Source: a virus
Length of the DNA: 64,000 nucleotides
IMG/VR virus record: IMGVR_UViG_3300012086_000038
Span: 451-64,450 of that record
Direction: 5' to 3' (one strand)
Position 1 is the first letter of the stretch. The number at the start of each line of letters is the position of its first letter. The notes beneath the pieces were generated by a model. The model searched no databases. It was not told the DNA's origin and saw only the letters and a program-made list of their open reading frames with translations. A program made the translations under genes and the position numbers. This document shows positions 17,465 through 27,283 of the stretch, in pieces.

Positions 17465-17944
17465 ATGGCAGCACCGTTAAAATATAACCAGGCATATCAT
17501 GATGATTGGGCATGGTCCTTGGCTATAAAAGGTGCTGACGATAATGAAATTGCTGAAGCATTTGGTATATCTGCCAGGACAGTTAATAGGTGGAAAAAGG
17601 ACCATGAGAGTTTTGCACAGGCGTTGACAATGGGAAAAGATGCGGCAGATGCAAAAGTGGAAAGAAAATTGTATGAACGTGCAACTGGATATAAGTATGA
17701 GGAAGTTGAGACAGTCATGGAAATTGATGCTAATGGAAACAGGAAACCTGCAAAGGTAAAACGTGTGCAGAAAGAATGCCCACCGGATGTATTGGCACAG
17801 ATGTACTGGCTGAACAACAGAAAATCCGTACAGTATAAAAGAAATCCTGAAAACTTTGTTAAGCCTGAAAGGATAGAAACAGAGGATGAAGTGGTGTTCT
17901 ATCTGCCAGATAACGGAAGGGGTGAAAGTGGTGGGGAAGAATAA
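17465..17944 (+). CDS. terS: Terminase small subunit
   Basis: HTH (EIAEAFGISARTVNRWKK), ADAKVERKLYERATG, PPDV.A..YWLNNR; precedes terL. Confidence 0.8.
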   Translation: MAAPLKYNQAYHDDWAWSLAIKGADDNEIAEAFGISARTVNRWKKDHESFAQALTMGKDAADAKVERKLYERATGYKYEEVETVMEIDANGNRKPAKVKRVQKECPPDVLAQMYWLNNRKSVQYKRNPENFVKPERIETEDEVVFYLPDNGRGESGGEE

Positions 17945-19340
17945 AATAATTATCAGGCCCCAACCCGGACCGCAGGAAAAGTTTTTATCCACATCGGCAG
18001 ATATTTGTATTTATGGTGGAGCGGCAGGAGGTGGAAAGACATACGGCTTGTTACTGGAACCGCTCAGACATAAAAATAATCCGAATTTCGGTACTGTTAT
18101 CTTCAGACGTAATTATACACAGGTTACTGCTGAAGGCGGCCTATGGGATTCTAGCAAGAAAGTATACAGACATGTCAGAGGTGCAATATCGCTAAAAACG
18201 CCAAAACTTCATTGGGAATTTTCCGAAGGTGGGAAAGTGACATTTGCACACTTAGGAAGTGACAGCGATTGTGAAAGCTGGCAAGGTACTCAGATAACAA
18301 TGGTCGGATTTGACGAACTGACGCATTTTTCAAAGCATCAGTTTTTCTACATGTTATCACGTAACCGTTCGGATTCAGGTATTGCACCATATGTCAGAGC
18401 TACTTGTAATCCGGATGCAGATAGCTGGGTAGCTGAATTTATAGAATGGTGGATTGACCAAGAAACAGGATACCCGATACCGGAACGAAGTGGCAAGATA
18501 CGTTATATGGTCCGTATCAATGATGAAATAACATGGGCTGATACAAAAGATGAACTTGTTGCAAAAGGCATAGATAGAGAAGACATAAAAAGCGTCACTT
18601 TCATTGCCAGTACCTTGCAGGATAATCAAATATTGCTAAAAGTAGACCCCGGATATCTTGCGAATCTGAAGGCGTTGCCGCTCGTGGAACGTGAACGCTT
18701 ATTGTTTGGTAACTGGAAGATTAAACCAGCAGCAGGGTTGTTCTTTAAAAGAAGCCAAGTAGGTGAATTCCTTGAAGAAGTACCGAAAGATGTTGTTGTT
18801 TGGGCAAGAGGATGGGACCTTGCTGCCACATCTGAAGATGAAGACGGTGACCCAGCATATACGGCAGGGGTTTTAATTGGCAAACGGAGGAATGGAAGAT
18901 ATGTAGTAGCGAACGTAACGAATGTAAGATTAGCCGCTGGTGATGTAAGAAAACATGTTAAGAACACCTGCATCATGGACAGGAAGATATATAAACGTGT
19001 TGCCGAACGTCTGCCACAAGACCCAGGGCAAGCAGGGAAAGAACAGGCACAAAGTTACATCAAAATGCTTGCAGGATTTTACGTTAAAGCCATACCAGAG
19101 ACAGGAAGTAAAGAAGCAAGGGCAGAGCCATTCGCAGCACAATGGCAACCTGGTAATGTAGATATTGTTATTGGTGATTGGAACGAAAGCTATCTTGCAC
19201 AGCTTGAATCTTTTCCGGAAAGTAAATTTAAAGATATGGTTGATGCAAGCAGTTCAGCCTTTGCGGAGATTGAGAGTGGATATGCTACTTCACCACCGCC
19301 TGAAGGTCCTACAAAAGAAAGCTATTGGAAAGGGAGGTGA
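17931..19340 (+). CDS. terL: Terminase large subunit
   Basis: Walker A YGGAAGGGKT, Walker B VGFDELTHF, C-terminal nuclease RGWDLAA...DMVDA. Confidence 0.95.
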   Translation: MGKNKIIIRPQPGPQEKFLSTSADICIYGGAAGGGKTYGLLLEPLRHKNNPNFGTVIFRRNYTQVTAEGGLWDSSKKVYRHVRGAISLKTPKLHWEFSEGGKVTFAHLGSDSDCESWQGTQITMVGFDELTHFSKHQFFYMLSRNRSDSGIAPYVRATCNPDADSWVAEFIEWWIDQETGYPIPERSGKIRYMVRINDEITWADTKDELVAKGIDREDIKSVTFIASTLQDNQILLKVDPGYLANLKALPLVERERLLFGNWKIKPAAGLFFKRSQVGEFLEEVPKDVVVWARGWDLAATSEDEDGDPAYTAGVLIGKRRNGRYVVANVTNVRLAAGDVRKHVKNTCIMDRKIYKRVAERLPQDPGQAGKEQAQSYIKMLAGFYVKAIPETGSKEARAEPFAAQWQPGNVDIVIGDWNESYLAQLESFPESKFKDMVDASSSAFAEIESGYATSPPPEGPTKESYWKGR

Positions 19341-19345
19341 TAAGG

Positions 19346-20860
19346 ATGACAAGTATGGATGAAGTTGGCCGTATAGGTCAGAACCGATATGGTGGAACGT
19401 TTTATGAAGAATTTCTCCGGGAATTAAGAGGTAAAAAAGGCGTAGAGACATATAAGGAAATGTCAGAAAATGATGATACCATTGGAGCTATTATTTTTGC
19501 TATTGAAATGCTGATAAGACAGGTGACTTGGAATATAGAACCTTCCGGCGATACACCAAAAGATAGAGAATCTGCTGAATTTGTGGAACAATGTATGCAT
19601 GATATGCAAGATACATGGACAGATACCATTAGTGAGGTATTATCGTTCTTGACATTTGGATGGTCCTATCATGAAATAGTGTACAAAAGACGAATGGGCA
19701 AAACGGGCAATCCCAAAACTAAAAGCAAATACAGTGATGGGCTGATAGGGTGGCGAAAACTTCCTATCCGTGCGCAGGAAACACTATATCAGTGGGAGTA
19801 CGATAACGAGGATAATCTTATCGGAATGACACAGCTACCGCCTCCGGATTACGGCTTGATAACTATACCGATAGAAAAAGCAATGCTGTTCAGGACAAAA
19901 AGCCGGAAAGGAAATCCGGAAGGAAGAAGCATACTAAGAAATGCATACCGCTCCTGGTATTTCAAACGTAGGATTCAGGAAATAGAGGGGATTGGAATTG
20001 AGAGGGATTTGGCAGGTCTTCCAGTAATAACAGGACCTGAGGGTATGGATCTTTGGAATGCTGAAGACCCAGATGCAGTAAGAATCAGAACCGGGCTGGA
20101 AGCCATGGTTAGAAAGGTACGCAGGGATGAATCGGAAGGAGTTGTGCTTTCGCGTGGATACGATTTTCAGTTATTGAGTACAGGTGGAAGCAGACAGTTC
20201 GATACCAATGCAATCATAGACAGATACGATACGAGGATAGCAATGACAGTTCTAGCTGATTTTATTTTGTTGGGGCATCAGCAGGTGGGAAGTTTTGCAC
20301 TTAGTTCCGATAAGACGGAATTATTTGCTATGGCGATAGGGTCATATTTGGATATCATATGTGAGACATTTAACAGCCAGGGAATCCCTGCATTGATTGA
20401 CATTAACGGCTCGCATTTTGATGGGATTACCGATTACCCTACTCTGGAACACGGAGATATCGAACATGAGGATATACAGAAGCTGGCAGCATATATCAAA
20501 GATATGACAGGAATTGGTGTCTTAATACCTGACGATGGCTTGGAGGATTTCGTAAGAGAAACGGCAAACCTTCCTGACAGGACAGAAAATAGTCATGAAA
20601 TATCAGAATTAAGAAGACAGCAGCAAAACCAGAATGAACCACCAGAATCACAAGTGACACCTGGCAGCGGTAAAGAAGGAGAACCCGAAGAATTACCTGA
20701 TAAACAGATACAAGCGGCAAAGAAGCGGTTAGGAAGAGAATTGGAAATTGATTTAGCAACAAGAGAACAAAAGTTCCAAAATGCGGAGTATGCTGCACAA
20801 CTCTATAAGAATAATCAGAGTAAAACATCAACAAAGAAGCAGTCAGGAAGGGGCGGTTAA
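19346..20860 (+). CDS. Portal protein (DUF935 / Mu gp29-like)
   Basis: Follows terL; GNPEGRSILRNAYRSWYFKRRIQEIEGIGIERDLAG. Confidence 0.85.
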   Translation: MTSMDEVGRIGQNRYGGTFYEEFLRELRGKKGVETYKEMSENDDTIGAIIFAIEMLIRQVTWNIEPSGDTPKDRESAEFVEQCMHDMQDTWTDTISEVLSFLTFGWSYHEIVYKRRMGKTGNPKTKSKYSDGLIGWRKLPIRAQETLYQWEYDNEDNLIGMTQLPPPDYGLITIPIEKAMLFRTKSRKGNPEGRSILRNAYRSWYFKRRIQEIEGIGIERDLAGLPVITGPEGMDLWNAEDPDAVRIRTGLEAMVRKVRRDESEGVVLSRGYDFQLLSTGGSRQFDTNAIIDRYDTRIAMTVLADFILLGHQQVGSFALSSDKTELFAMAIGSYLDIICETFNSQGIPALIDINGSHFDGITDYPTLEHGDIEHEDIQKLAAYIKDMTGIGVLIPDDGLEDFVRETANLPDRTENSHEISELRRQQQNQNEPPESQVTPGSGKEGEPEELPDKQIQAAKKRLGRELEIDLATREQKFQNAEYAAQLYKNNQSKTSTKKQSGRGG

Positions 20861-20861
20861 T

Positions 20862-21824
20862 ATGGCGTTCCTCTTTAAGCAAAAGGCAGGAAAGAAGAAA
20901 CTGAAAACACAGGCCAGTTTGGATGTTCTTGAAAGGCTGAATGGATATCTGGATGAAAATATTGCCGAGCCGGTGCAGTTCCTTGTTGATTTCTGGAAGG
21001 ACCAGACAGAAGCAATCACCTACAAGGAGATTCGGCAAGCCATAATTGACGGTTATATGTCAGAAGAAACCCTTCGGTTGTGGGCACAGGATTATTCGAT
21101 ATTGGTTTCGGAGAGGATGTATCCGCTTTGGAATCAGTCTCTTGCGGCAGGTTCAATCAGCCAGCCTGTCATGGATAGGTTAGTCACATCATTTGCCTTT
21201 GACCTGAACACTCCGTCCGTTATGTCATGGATAAACGAAAGGGGAGCGCAATTTGTTACGGCAATAACAGCAGAACAGAAAGAAGCGATAAAAGTATTTT
21301 TTTCTGAATATGTGAATGGAACATACACCGTTGATGAACTATCAAGGGTAATACGTCCATGCATAGGGCTTAATAAGTCGCAATCAGAAGCCAATTTGCG
21401 CTACTACAACAATATCAAGGCAAAGCTGCAAAAAGAGCATCCTAAGATGAAACCAGAAAGTATTCGGAAGAAAGCAAGGGAAGCGGCTACTAAATATGCA
21501 GAAAGACAGCACAGGCAGAGAGCTTTTGATATAACACAGACAGAAATGGCGTTCGGATATAACAAAGGTGCTGACGAAGGAGTCCGACAGGCACAATCGC
21601 AGAACCTGCTTGGAGTCATGGAAAAACGTTGGAGTACATCTGGTGATGGAAGTGTATGCGCTGTTTGTGCGGCATTGGATGGTGTACAGATTGAAATGGA
21701 TGAAGAGTTTGACTTTAAAGGGAAAGTTCTGTTTGCTGGGCATAAGCGCACCCCACCAGCCCATCCAAAATGTGCGTGCGGTGTACAGTACATTGAAATT
21801 TCTCCACCTATATTTACAGAGTAG
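20862..21824 (+). CDS. Minor head morphogenesis protein (Mu gpF-like)
   Basis: RAFDITQTEM...KRWST..D.SVCAVCAALDG...PPAHPKCAC. Confidence 0.85.
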   Translation: MAFLFKQKAGKKKLKTQASLDVLERLNGYLDENIAEPVQFLVDFWKDQTEAITYKEIRQAIIDGYMSEETLRLWAQDYSILVSERMYPLWNQSLAAGSISQPVMDRLVTSFAFDLNTPSVMSWINERGAQFVTAITAEQKEAIKVFFSEYVNGTYTVDELSRVIRPCIGLNKSQSEANLRYYNNIKAKLQKEHPKMKPESIRKKAREAATKYAERQHRQRAFDITQTEMAFGYNKGADEGVRQAQSQNLLGVMEKRWSTSGDGSVCAVCAALDGVQIEMDEEFDFKGKVLFAGHKRTPPAHPKCACGVQYIEISPPIFTE

Positions 21825-21839
21825 AAAGGCGGTGATGTA

Positions 21840-22382
21840 GTGAAGAGTTTTGGAGAGATAACCGGATGTGTAACAAAACCACCGGATTCTGTTATCAAAA
21901 CAGAAAAAAACGTAACAGAAACAGGAAAAGCCGTAACTAAAGCAGGAGAAAGTGGAAGCAAGCCAGCCGAAAATGTAATTAAGGGCAGCTTCAAGATACA
22001 CAAATCCGATGATGATAAAATGCTAGCATTCGGCTGGGCAAATGTAGCAGTTACAGCAGATGGAAAACAGGTTACAGACCTTCAGGAAGACATTGTAGAC
22101 CCAGAGGTTTTAGAAGAAGCCGCCTATCAGTTTGTTGAGTTATACCGGGAAGGTGGCGAAATGCACGAAAGGGGCGGTTGCGCTGTCCTGATAGAAAGCA
22201 TCATGTTTACAAAGGAAAAGATGGTAGTTATGGGAATCCCTGAAGGCACATTGCCGGAAGCTTGGTGGATTGGATTCAGGGTTACTGACCCGGATGTATG
22301 GGATAAAGTGAAATCAGGTGAATACCAGATGTTTTCCATAGAGGGAATGGCAGAACGAATTGAGGTGAAGGAAGATGGGTAA
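21840..22382 (+). CDS. XkdF-like putative head maturation protease
   Basis: FGWANV...DLQEDIV..EVLEEAAYQF...GEMHER...WWIGFRV.D.DVWDKVKSGEY.MFSIEG. Confidence 0.85.
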   Translation: MKSFGEITGCVTKPPDSVIKTEKNVTETGKAVTKAGESGSKPAENVIKGSFKIHKSDDDKMLAFGWANVAVTADGKQVTDLQEDIVDPEVLEEAAYQFVELYREGGEMHERGGCAVLIESIMFTKEKMVVMGIPEGTLPEAWWIGFRVTDPDVWDKVKSGEYQMFSIEGMAERIEVKEDG

Positions 22383-22479
22383 TGTACTGCTATGTGTTGG
22401 CTTATTTTTTATCGGAGCATTTTTCGGCGTTATGGTTATGTGCCTATGCTCCGTAAGCAAAGATAAAGATGATGAATAA
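22375..22479 (+). CDS. 34-aa hydrophobic peptide (DUF3789-like)
   Basis: Not in track; MGNVLLCVGLFFIGAFFGVMVMCLCSVSKDKDDE with GAGG/AAGGA RBS. Confidence 0.55.
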   Translation: MGNVLLCVGLFFIGAFFGVMVMCLCSVSKDKDDE

Positions 22480-22552
22480 GTATGATAATCCAGAATACAT
22501 CCGAAAGGGTGTTTTTGTTTTATAAAATTTCAGGAAAGGAGGAGATATTGGA

Positions 22553-23794
22553 TTGGCTAAGACAAAGCTAAAGAACTTAAAGGTAACGAAGGTAGATTTC
22601 GTGGATGCCGGTGCTAACCCAAATGCAAACGTGGTTTTGTATAAAAACAAGGACGGAATACCGGCTTCACAACAGGCGGACCAGTCAGAAACAGAAGGGG
22701 TAAAGCCTGAAGGAATGTTTAAAAGATTCATTTCAGCCATAGGTAAAGCGGTGGGGCTTAAACAGGAAGAAATAGATGCCACCATTGAGGAAATTGCAAA
22801 GGGAAGTGAAGCAGAGACATTCGGGGAAAAAATGAATGAGGTCAAACGAAGGAAGATTACTGATGAAATGTGGGATTTGTGTTATGCGTTGCAGTCTTCC
22901 CTATGCTCCATTATCTGTGATGATGAAGTCGGAGATAAAGCAGAGGAACTTATGAAGACCAGCCTGGAAGAGTTTGCATCCGTAATGAATAATTCCATAG
23001 AACAGTGGGCAGATGGCAAAACCTCAAATGTAATCCAGAAATCATCCGAGCCAGTTACGGAAGCTGAAATAAGCTATATGAAATCAGTGCATGAAAGATT
23101 GCAGGATATGATAACAAAAGCAGAATCAGGCAATGGAAGCAGTGGAACGGATGAATTAGAAGATTTAGGAGAATCGAAAGGAGAAGAAGTGGATATGAGT
23201 AAAGTTGATAAGAGTAAAATGACTCCTGCTGAAAGAGCTTTCTTTGAAGATATTGAAAAGAGGTATAGCGAAGGGGAGAAAACAGGAGAAGGAACAGAGG
23301 AACAGGATAATCCTGTGGCAAAATCAACGCAGGTCGCTACACCTCAACCTGTGGCTACGGAAAATGCGGCAACCGAAGATATTTACAAAGGCCTGCATCC
23401 GGCAGTAAAAGAGGAACTGGAAAGGCTGAAAAAGCGTGCGGATGAAGCGGAGGAAAAAGAACTTACCGACATTGCCAAGAAATATGAAATCATAGGTAAA
23501 AAGCCGGAAGAACTGGTTCCTTTACTAAAGAGCTTGAAAATAGCCGGAGGGGATTCATTTGGTAACATGGTTGCCATTCTTGATGCATCCGTGGAAGCAG
23601 TGAATAAGTCTAGCATGTTTTCTGAAATCGGAAAAAGCGGCGGTTATGGTGGAACAGAACTGGGTGCATGGGCGAAAATCGAAAAGAAGGCAGATGAAAT
23701 CCAGCAAGCAAAGCCGGAACTTAGTCGGGCAGCAGCTATTGATACTGCCTGCCAGCAGAATCCACAATTAGTTCATGAATATGAGAATGAATAG
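22553..23794 (+). CDS. Head scaffolding-like protein
   Basis: Acidic coiled coil between protease and capsid genes; TTG start behind AGGAGG. Confidence 0.65.
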   Translation: MAKTKLKNLKVTKVDFVDAGANPNANVVLYKNKDGIPASQQADQSETEGVKPEGMFKRFISAIGKAVGLKQEEIDATIEEIAKGSEAETFGEKMNEVKRRKITDEMWDLCYALQSSLCSIICDDEVGDKAEELMKTSLEEFASVMNNSIEQWADGKTSNVIQKSSEPVTEAEISYMKSVHERLQDMITKAESGNGSSGTDELEDLGESKGEEVDMSKVDKSKMTPAERAFFEDIEKRYSEGEKTGEGTEEQDNPVAKSTQVATPQPVATENAATEDIYKGLHPAVKEELERLKKRADEAEEKELTDIAKKYEIIGKKPEELVPLLKSLKIAGGDSFGNMVAILDASVEAVNKSSMFSEIGKSGGYGGTELGAWAKIEKKADEIQQAKPELSRAAAIDTACQQNPQLVHEYENE

Positions 23795-23809
23795 AGAGGA
23801 GACAGTACC

Positions 23810-24202
23810 ATGGCAACTTATTTAGGAACAACAATCAATGAAAGCCCTACGATTATTTTGACAGCAGGTGAAGATATTGAAAAGGCACAGGGTAAGGCTG
23901 TGAAAATCATCAATGGAGAGATAGTGGCGGCAACTGCCGGAGTGAACGCTATCGGAGTGATACCGCTGTCTGAGGATGAAATCATTAAGAAAGGCACCGA
24001 AGTGACAATCCAGATAAAGGATATCGGTGCATGGGTGGCAGGAGGAGAGATTGCAGTTGGTGATGAACTTACCGCAGATGCAAACGGTCATGCGGTAAAG
24101 GCTGCTACAGGGAATTTCATTTCAGCAATTGCAATGACAGCAGCGGAAGAAGCTGGAATTATCATAAGAGCGCAGTTTGTAAAAGCTGGCTACAAAGCGT
24201 AA
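23810..24202 (+). CDS. Capsid decoration/cement protein (DUF2190-like)
   Basis: Ala/Gly-rich, GGEIAVGDELTADANG.AV. Confidence 0.75.
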   Translation: MATYLGTTINESPTIILTAGEDIEKAQGKAVKIINGEIVAATAGVNAIGVIPLSEDEIIKKGTEVTIQIKDIGAWVAGGEIAVGDELTADANGHAVKAATGNFISAIAMTAAEEAGIIIRAQFVKAGYKA

Positions 24203-24217
24203 GGAGGATGGATTATT

Positions 24218-25252
24218 ATGGGTGACAGACAGGCAACAAACAATGGCGATATCCAGGCCAGAATTATGAAGGGTTGGAAGCCGAACAGATATTTAAGCAA
24301 CATGAGCATGGCATACTTTGCAAATCCGGGTGATTGGGTAGCAACAAGAATCTTCCCGATATGTCCGGTGACGTTAAGCACTAGCTACTATTACACGTTC
24401 CTGAAAGGTGATTTGGCAAGGGATAATGTTCAGAGGAAACCTGCTTATGGCAAAGTCAATCCTGCAGTAATGGGGCATACGGACAACACGTATAAGTGTG
24501 CAGTAGACCAGATTATTGTAGGAATAGACCAGATTGGCACTCTGGATTACCAGAGAAGCAATACTCCGGCATCCATTGACCCAAGACGCTCTAAAGTAAG
24601 ATTCACGACAGAGCAGATGAATCTCCATCTTGATGTAATATTTGCAAAGAATTACTTCAGAAGCGGAGTATGGGAGAACGAATTGAAGGGTATTGATTCA
24701 GGTATTCCCGGCGCAAGCCAGTTTCTGAAATTCAATGATGCTAATTTCGACCCGGTTCATTTCTTCAATGAAAGACGTAGGGAGATTAAACTGAATGGAC
24801 GCAGGGAACCGAATAAGCTGTCTCTGGGATATGATTCTTATACTGCATTGACAGAACATCCGGACATTCTGGAACGTGTTAAATACACTGGTTCTACAGC
24901 AAATCCGGCAATCGTTACCAGACAGGTACTAGCACAGGTATTGCAGATGGAAGAAATATGTGTTTTGGAAAGCACATATAACATAGCCGAACCTGGACAG
25001 GAAGATGACATGCAGTTTATCTGTGACAGCACAGGAGCATTGCTTACTTATACGACATCTTCACCTGCCATTGATGAACCTTCTGCAGGGTACATCTTCA
25101 CATGGGATATGTTAGGAAACGGTTCATGGACAGCAACGGACCAGTTTGAAGGAGAGCCGGGAACCCACACAGAGTTCATCGAAAGCTTAATGTCAACAGA
25201 CATGAAAAAGACTGCTGATGACCTTGCCTGCTATATGAAAAATTGCGTATAG
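24218..25252 (+). CDS. Major capsid protein
   Basis: 344 aa, position after decoration gene, size and composition. Confidence 0.8.
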   Translation: MGDRQATNNGDIQARIMKGWKPNRYLSNMSMAYFANPGDWVATRIFPICPVTLSTSYYYTFLKGDLARDNVQRKPAYGKVNPAVMGHTDNTYKCAVDQIIVGIDQIGTLDYQRSNTPASIDPRRSKVRFTTEQMNLHLDVIFAKNYFRSGVWENELKGIDSGIPGASQFLKFNDANFDPVHFFNERRREIKLNGRREPNKLSLGYDSYTALTEHPDILERVKYTGSTANPAIVTRQVLAQVLQMEEICVLESTYNIAEPGQEDDMQFICDSTGALLTYTTSSPAIDEPSAGYIFTWDMLGNGSWTATDQFEGEPGTHTEFIESLMSTDMKKTADDLACYMKNCV

Positions 25253-25262
25253 GGGGTAGCGT

Positions 25263-25778
25263 ATGAGTGAGTTTGTTTGCAAAAAGCCTATTACGCTGTC
25301 TGGGCATAGCTTCTCATATGGAGAAGTTATCCCTGACGGATATGTTTTACCGAAAAGGGCATTGGCATTAATCCGCAGTAGCTACATTGCTGAAATAGAA
25401 AGCGGACTGCTTATGGAATTAGCAGAGCCAATTCAGCCCATTCAAGCACAAATTGGAGAGTTCCAACTTACAATACCTATTGTCACCGAAAAAGGCAACC
25501 TAGAGCTTACCACGAGTTCTGAGACGGTAGTAATTGTCTTTGCTATCATGCAAAAGACCGTGGAAGAAGCCGCAAAGGATATTGCCGTTTTGGAAGATGA
25601 AGATGCATTGATTCTGCTGAATGCTATAGATTCCCGGAAAGGCATCCAGAAAGCGGCAGAAGAAAGAAATGCAAAACTGCATGGAAATAGTGGAGTGCCA
25701 GAAGAAATAGAAGCAAGCCAGAAGCAGGAAGACAATGTTGACACTGTAACAGAAGGAGAAAGTACAGGTGATGTCTGA
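25263..25778 (+). CDS. Hypothetical head/neck protein
   Basis: Operon position. Confidence 0.6.
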   Translation: MSEFVCKKPITLSGHSFSYGEVIPDGYVLPKRALALIRSSYIAEIESGLLMELAEPIQPIQAQIGEFQLTIPIVTEKGNLELTTSSETVVIVFAIMQKTVEEAAKDIAVLEDEDALILLNAIDSRKGIQKAAEERNAKLHGNSGVPEEIEASQKQEDNVDTVTEGESTGDV

Positions 25779-26194
25779 TGGCAAAAACCTATACGTATGA
25801 CCCATCAATGATTGCTGAACATGGCAGGGACCGGATGCGGTTTGAGTTGGGGGATACAATGGTTGAGGGTGGAGCTGATACCTCTGCCCTTACTGATGAA
25901 GAAATCATGGCTGTTATCGGGATGTATCCGAAAAGGTGGAAAAAAGCAAAGTTAGCCATGCTGGAAAGCCTATGCCGTAGGTTTGCGTATGAACCGGACA
26001 CGAAGGAAGGACCATTATCATTTGCTTTCGGCGGGCGTGCAAAGCTGTGGCGTGAGGATTACGAAAAGCTGAAAGCAGAGGTTGCAAGTGGCTCCGTAAC
26101 TGTTCCTGAATATGGAACGGATTCTAAGGGCAATGATAAGCCACCGTATTTCTATGTGGGGATGATGGAAAACAAGGAGGCGAAGGTTGAATGA
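25778..26194 (+). CDS. Head-tail connector protein
   Basis: DRMRFELGDT...LTDEEI. Confidence 0.7.
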   Translation: MAKTYTYDPSMIAEHGRDRMRFELGDTMVEGGADTSALTDEEIMAVIGMYPKRWKKAKLAMLESLCRRFAYEPDTKEGPLSFAFGGRAKLWREDYEKLKAEVASGSVTVPEYGTDSKGNDKPPYFYVGMMENKEAKVE

Positions 26195-26541
26195 GGAACT
26201 TTATGTACCTAAGACCCGGCAATCTGTATAAAGATTTCATCATTGAAGAGAATACGGCAGACATTGGCACGAACGGAAGACCGAAAACAAGCTATGATGA
26301 TTCGGGGGAAAGGATGCTGAAAGGAGCATTGGCATTAGCAGACCATAGACAGAAAATGCGCTGGGAACAGCTTGGGCATCCGATCACCCACTCTATCGTA
26401 CAGGACGGACCACAGAAAGCAAAAGCAGAGGATAAGCTGGTACTCGGAAACCGGATATTTCTGGTTCAAGGTGCTGATGATGTCGGAAGCCTTGGCATAT
26501 GCACAATCTACTATGTAGAGGAAAGGACGGATGTGAAATGA
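26191..26541 (+). CDS. Head-tail adaptor/stopper
   Basis: Position; ATGA overlap. Confidence 0.6.
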   Translation: MRNFMYLRPGNLYKDFIIEENTADIGTNGRPKTSYDDSGERMLKGALALADHRQKMRWEQLGHPITHSIVQDGPQKAKAEDKLVLGNRIFLVQGADDVGSLGICTIYYVEERTDVK

Positions 26542-26978
26542 GCAGTACAAGGGAAGCAAGTGCTGCCCTGCATATTGCAGTTGACAGGGTGGTTCAAAAT
26601 GTCGGGAACCAAGTTGTTTCCAGAGGAACCAGAGCCGTCAATGCCATCAGGAATGCAGAACTGGATGTGTTGAAAGGAAGCAGGAGCGGCAAGGTATATA
26701 AGAAACCATTCAGCAGAGCAACTTACAGGGCATCTGCTCCCGGAGAGCCTCCGGCCAGAAGAACAGGTGCATTAAGGCTTAACTGGAATGGGGCGGTCAG
26801 GGGAGGAATCACTTCAGGAAATGAAGTGAAGATAACGGCAGAGTTACAAAGCAATCAAGATTACTCCGGATACTTAGAAGAAGGAACACCCCATATGGAA
26901 GCAAGGCCATACAAGGATAAGATAATAGAAAAGGCAACTCCGGAAATAGAAGCTATTTATAGCGAACCATACAGTTAG
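26538..26978 (+). CDS. HK97 gp10-like tail component
   Basis: ASAPGEPPARRTGALR...Y.GYLEEGT..MEARPY. Confidence 0.8.
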   Translation: MSSTREASAALHIAVDRVVQNVGNQVVSRGTRAVNAIRNAELDVLKGSRSGKVYKKPFSRATYRASAPGEPPARRTGALRLNWNGAVRGGITSGNEVKITAELQSNQDYSGYLEEGTPHMEARPYKDKIIEKATPEIEAIYSEPYS

Positions 26979-26983
26979 GAGGT

Positions 26984-27283
26984 GTGCAAATGCCGTTGGT
27001 TATTGATACGGTATCAACGATATTCGATACCACGCTAATTAAAAAAGGCTGCCTTATGTACGCAAAGCATAGAACATGGACTGAAGGTAAGGGTGGATTT
27101 GTTACTGCCGTGAAAGACACTGAAATAACAGTCCAGTACCATCCAGGAATTGGAAATGTAACGAACCATTTCTTTCTGCCTGTAAGCGAAGTAACAGCAG
27201 GAGAATGGGAAGTGAGATGGTCCGATGACCTGACGGCTGTTAGTGAATTTATAGTTGAAAGCGGTGGTGGTGATGAATCTTGA
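26984..27283 (+). CDS. Hypothetical protein
   Basis: GGAGG RBS. Confidence 0.6.
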   Translation: MQMPLVIDTVSTIFDTTLIKKGCLMYAKHRTWTEGKGGFVTAVKDTEITVQYHPGIGNVTNHFFLPVSEVTAGEWEVRWSDDLTAVSEFIVESGGGDES

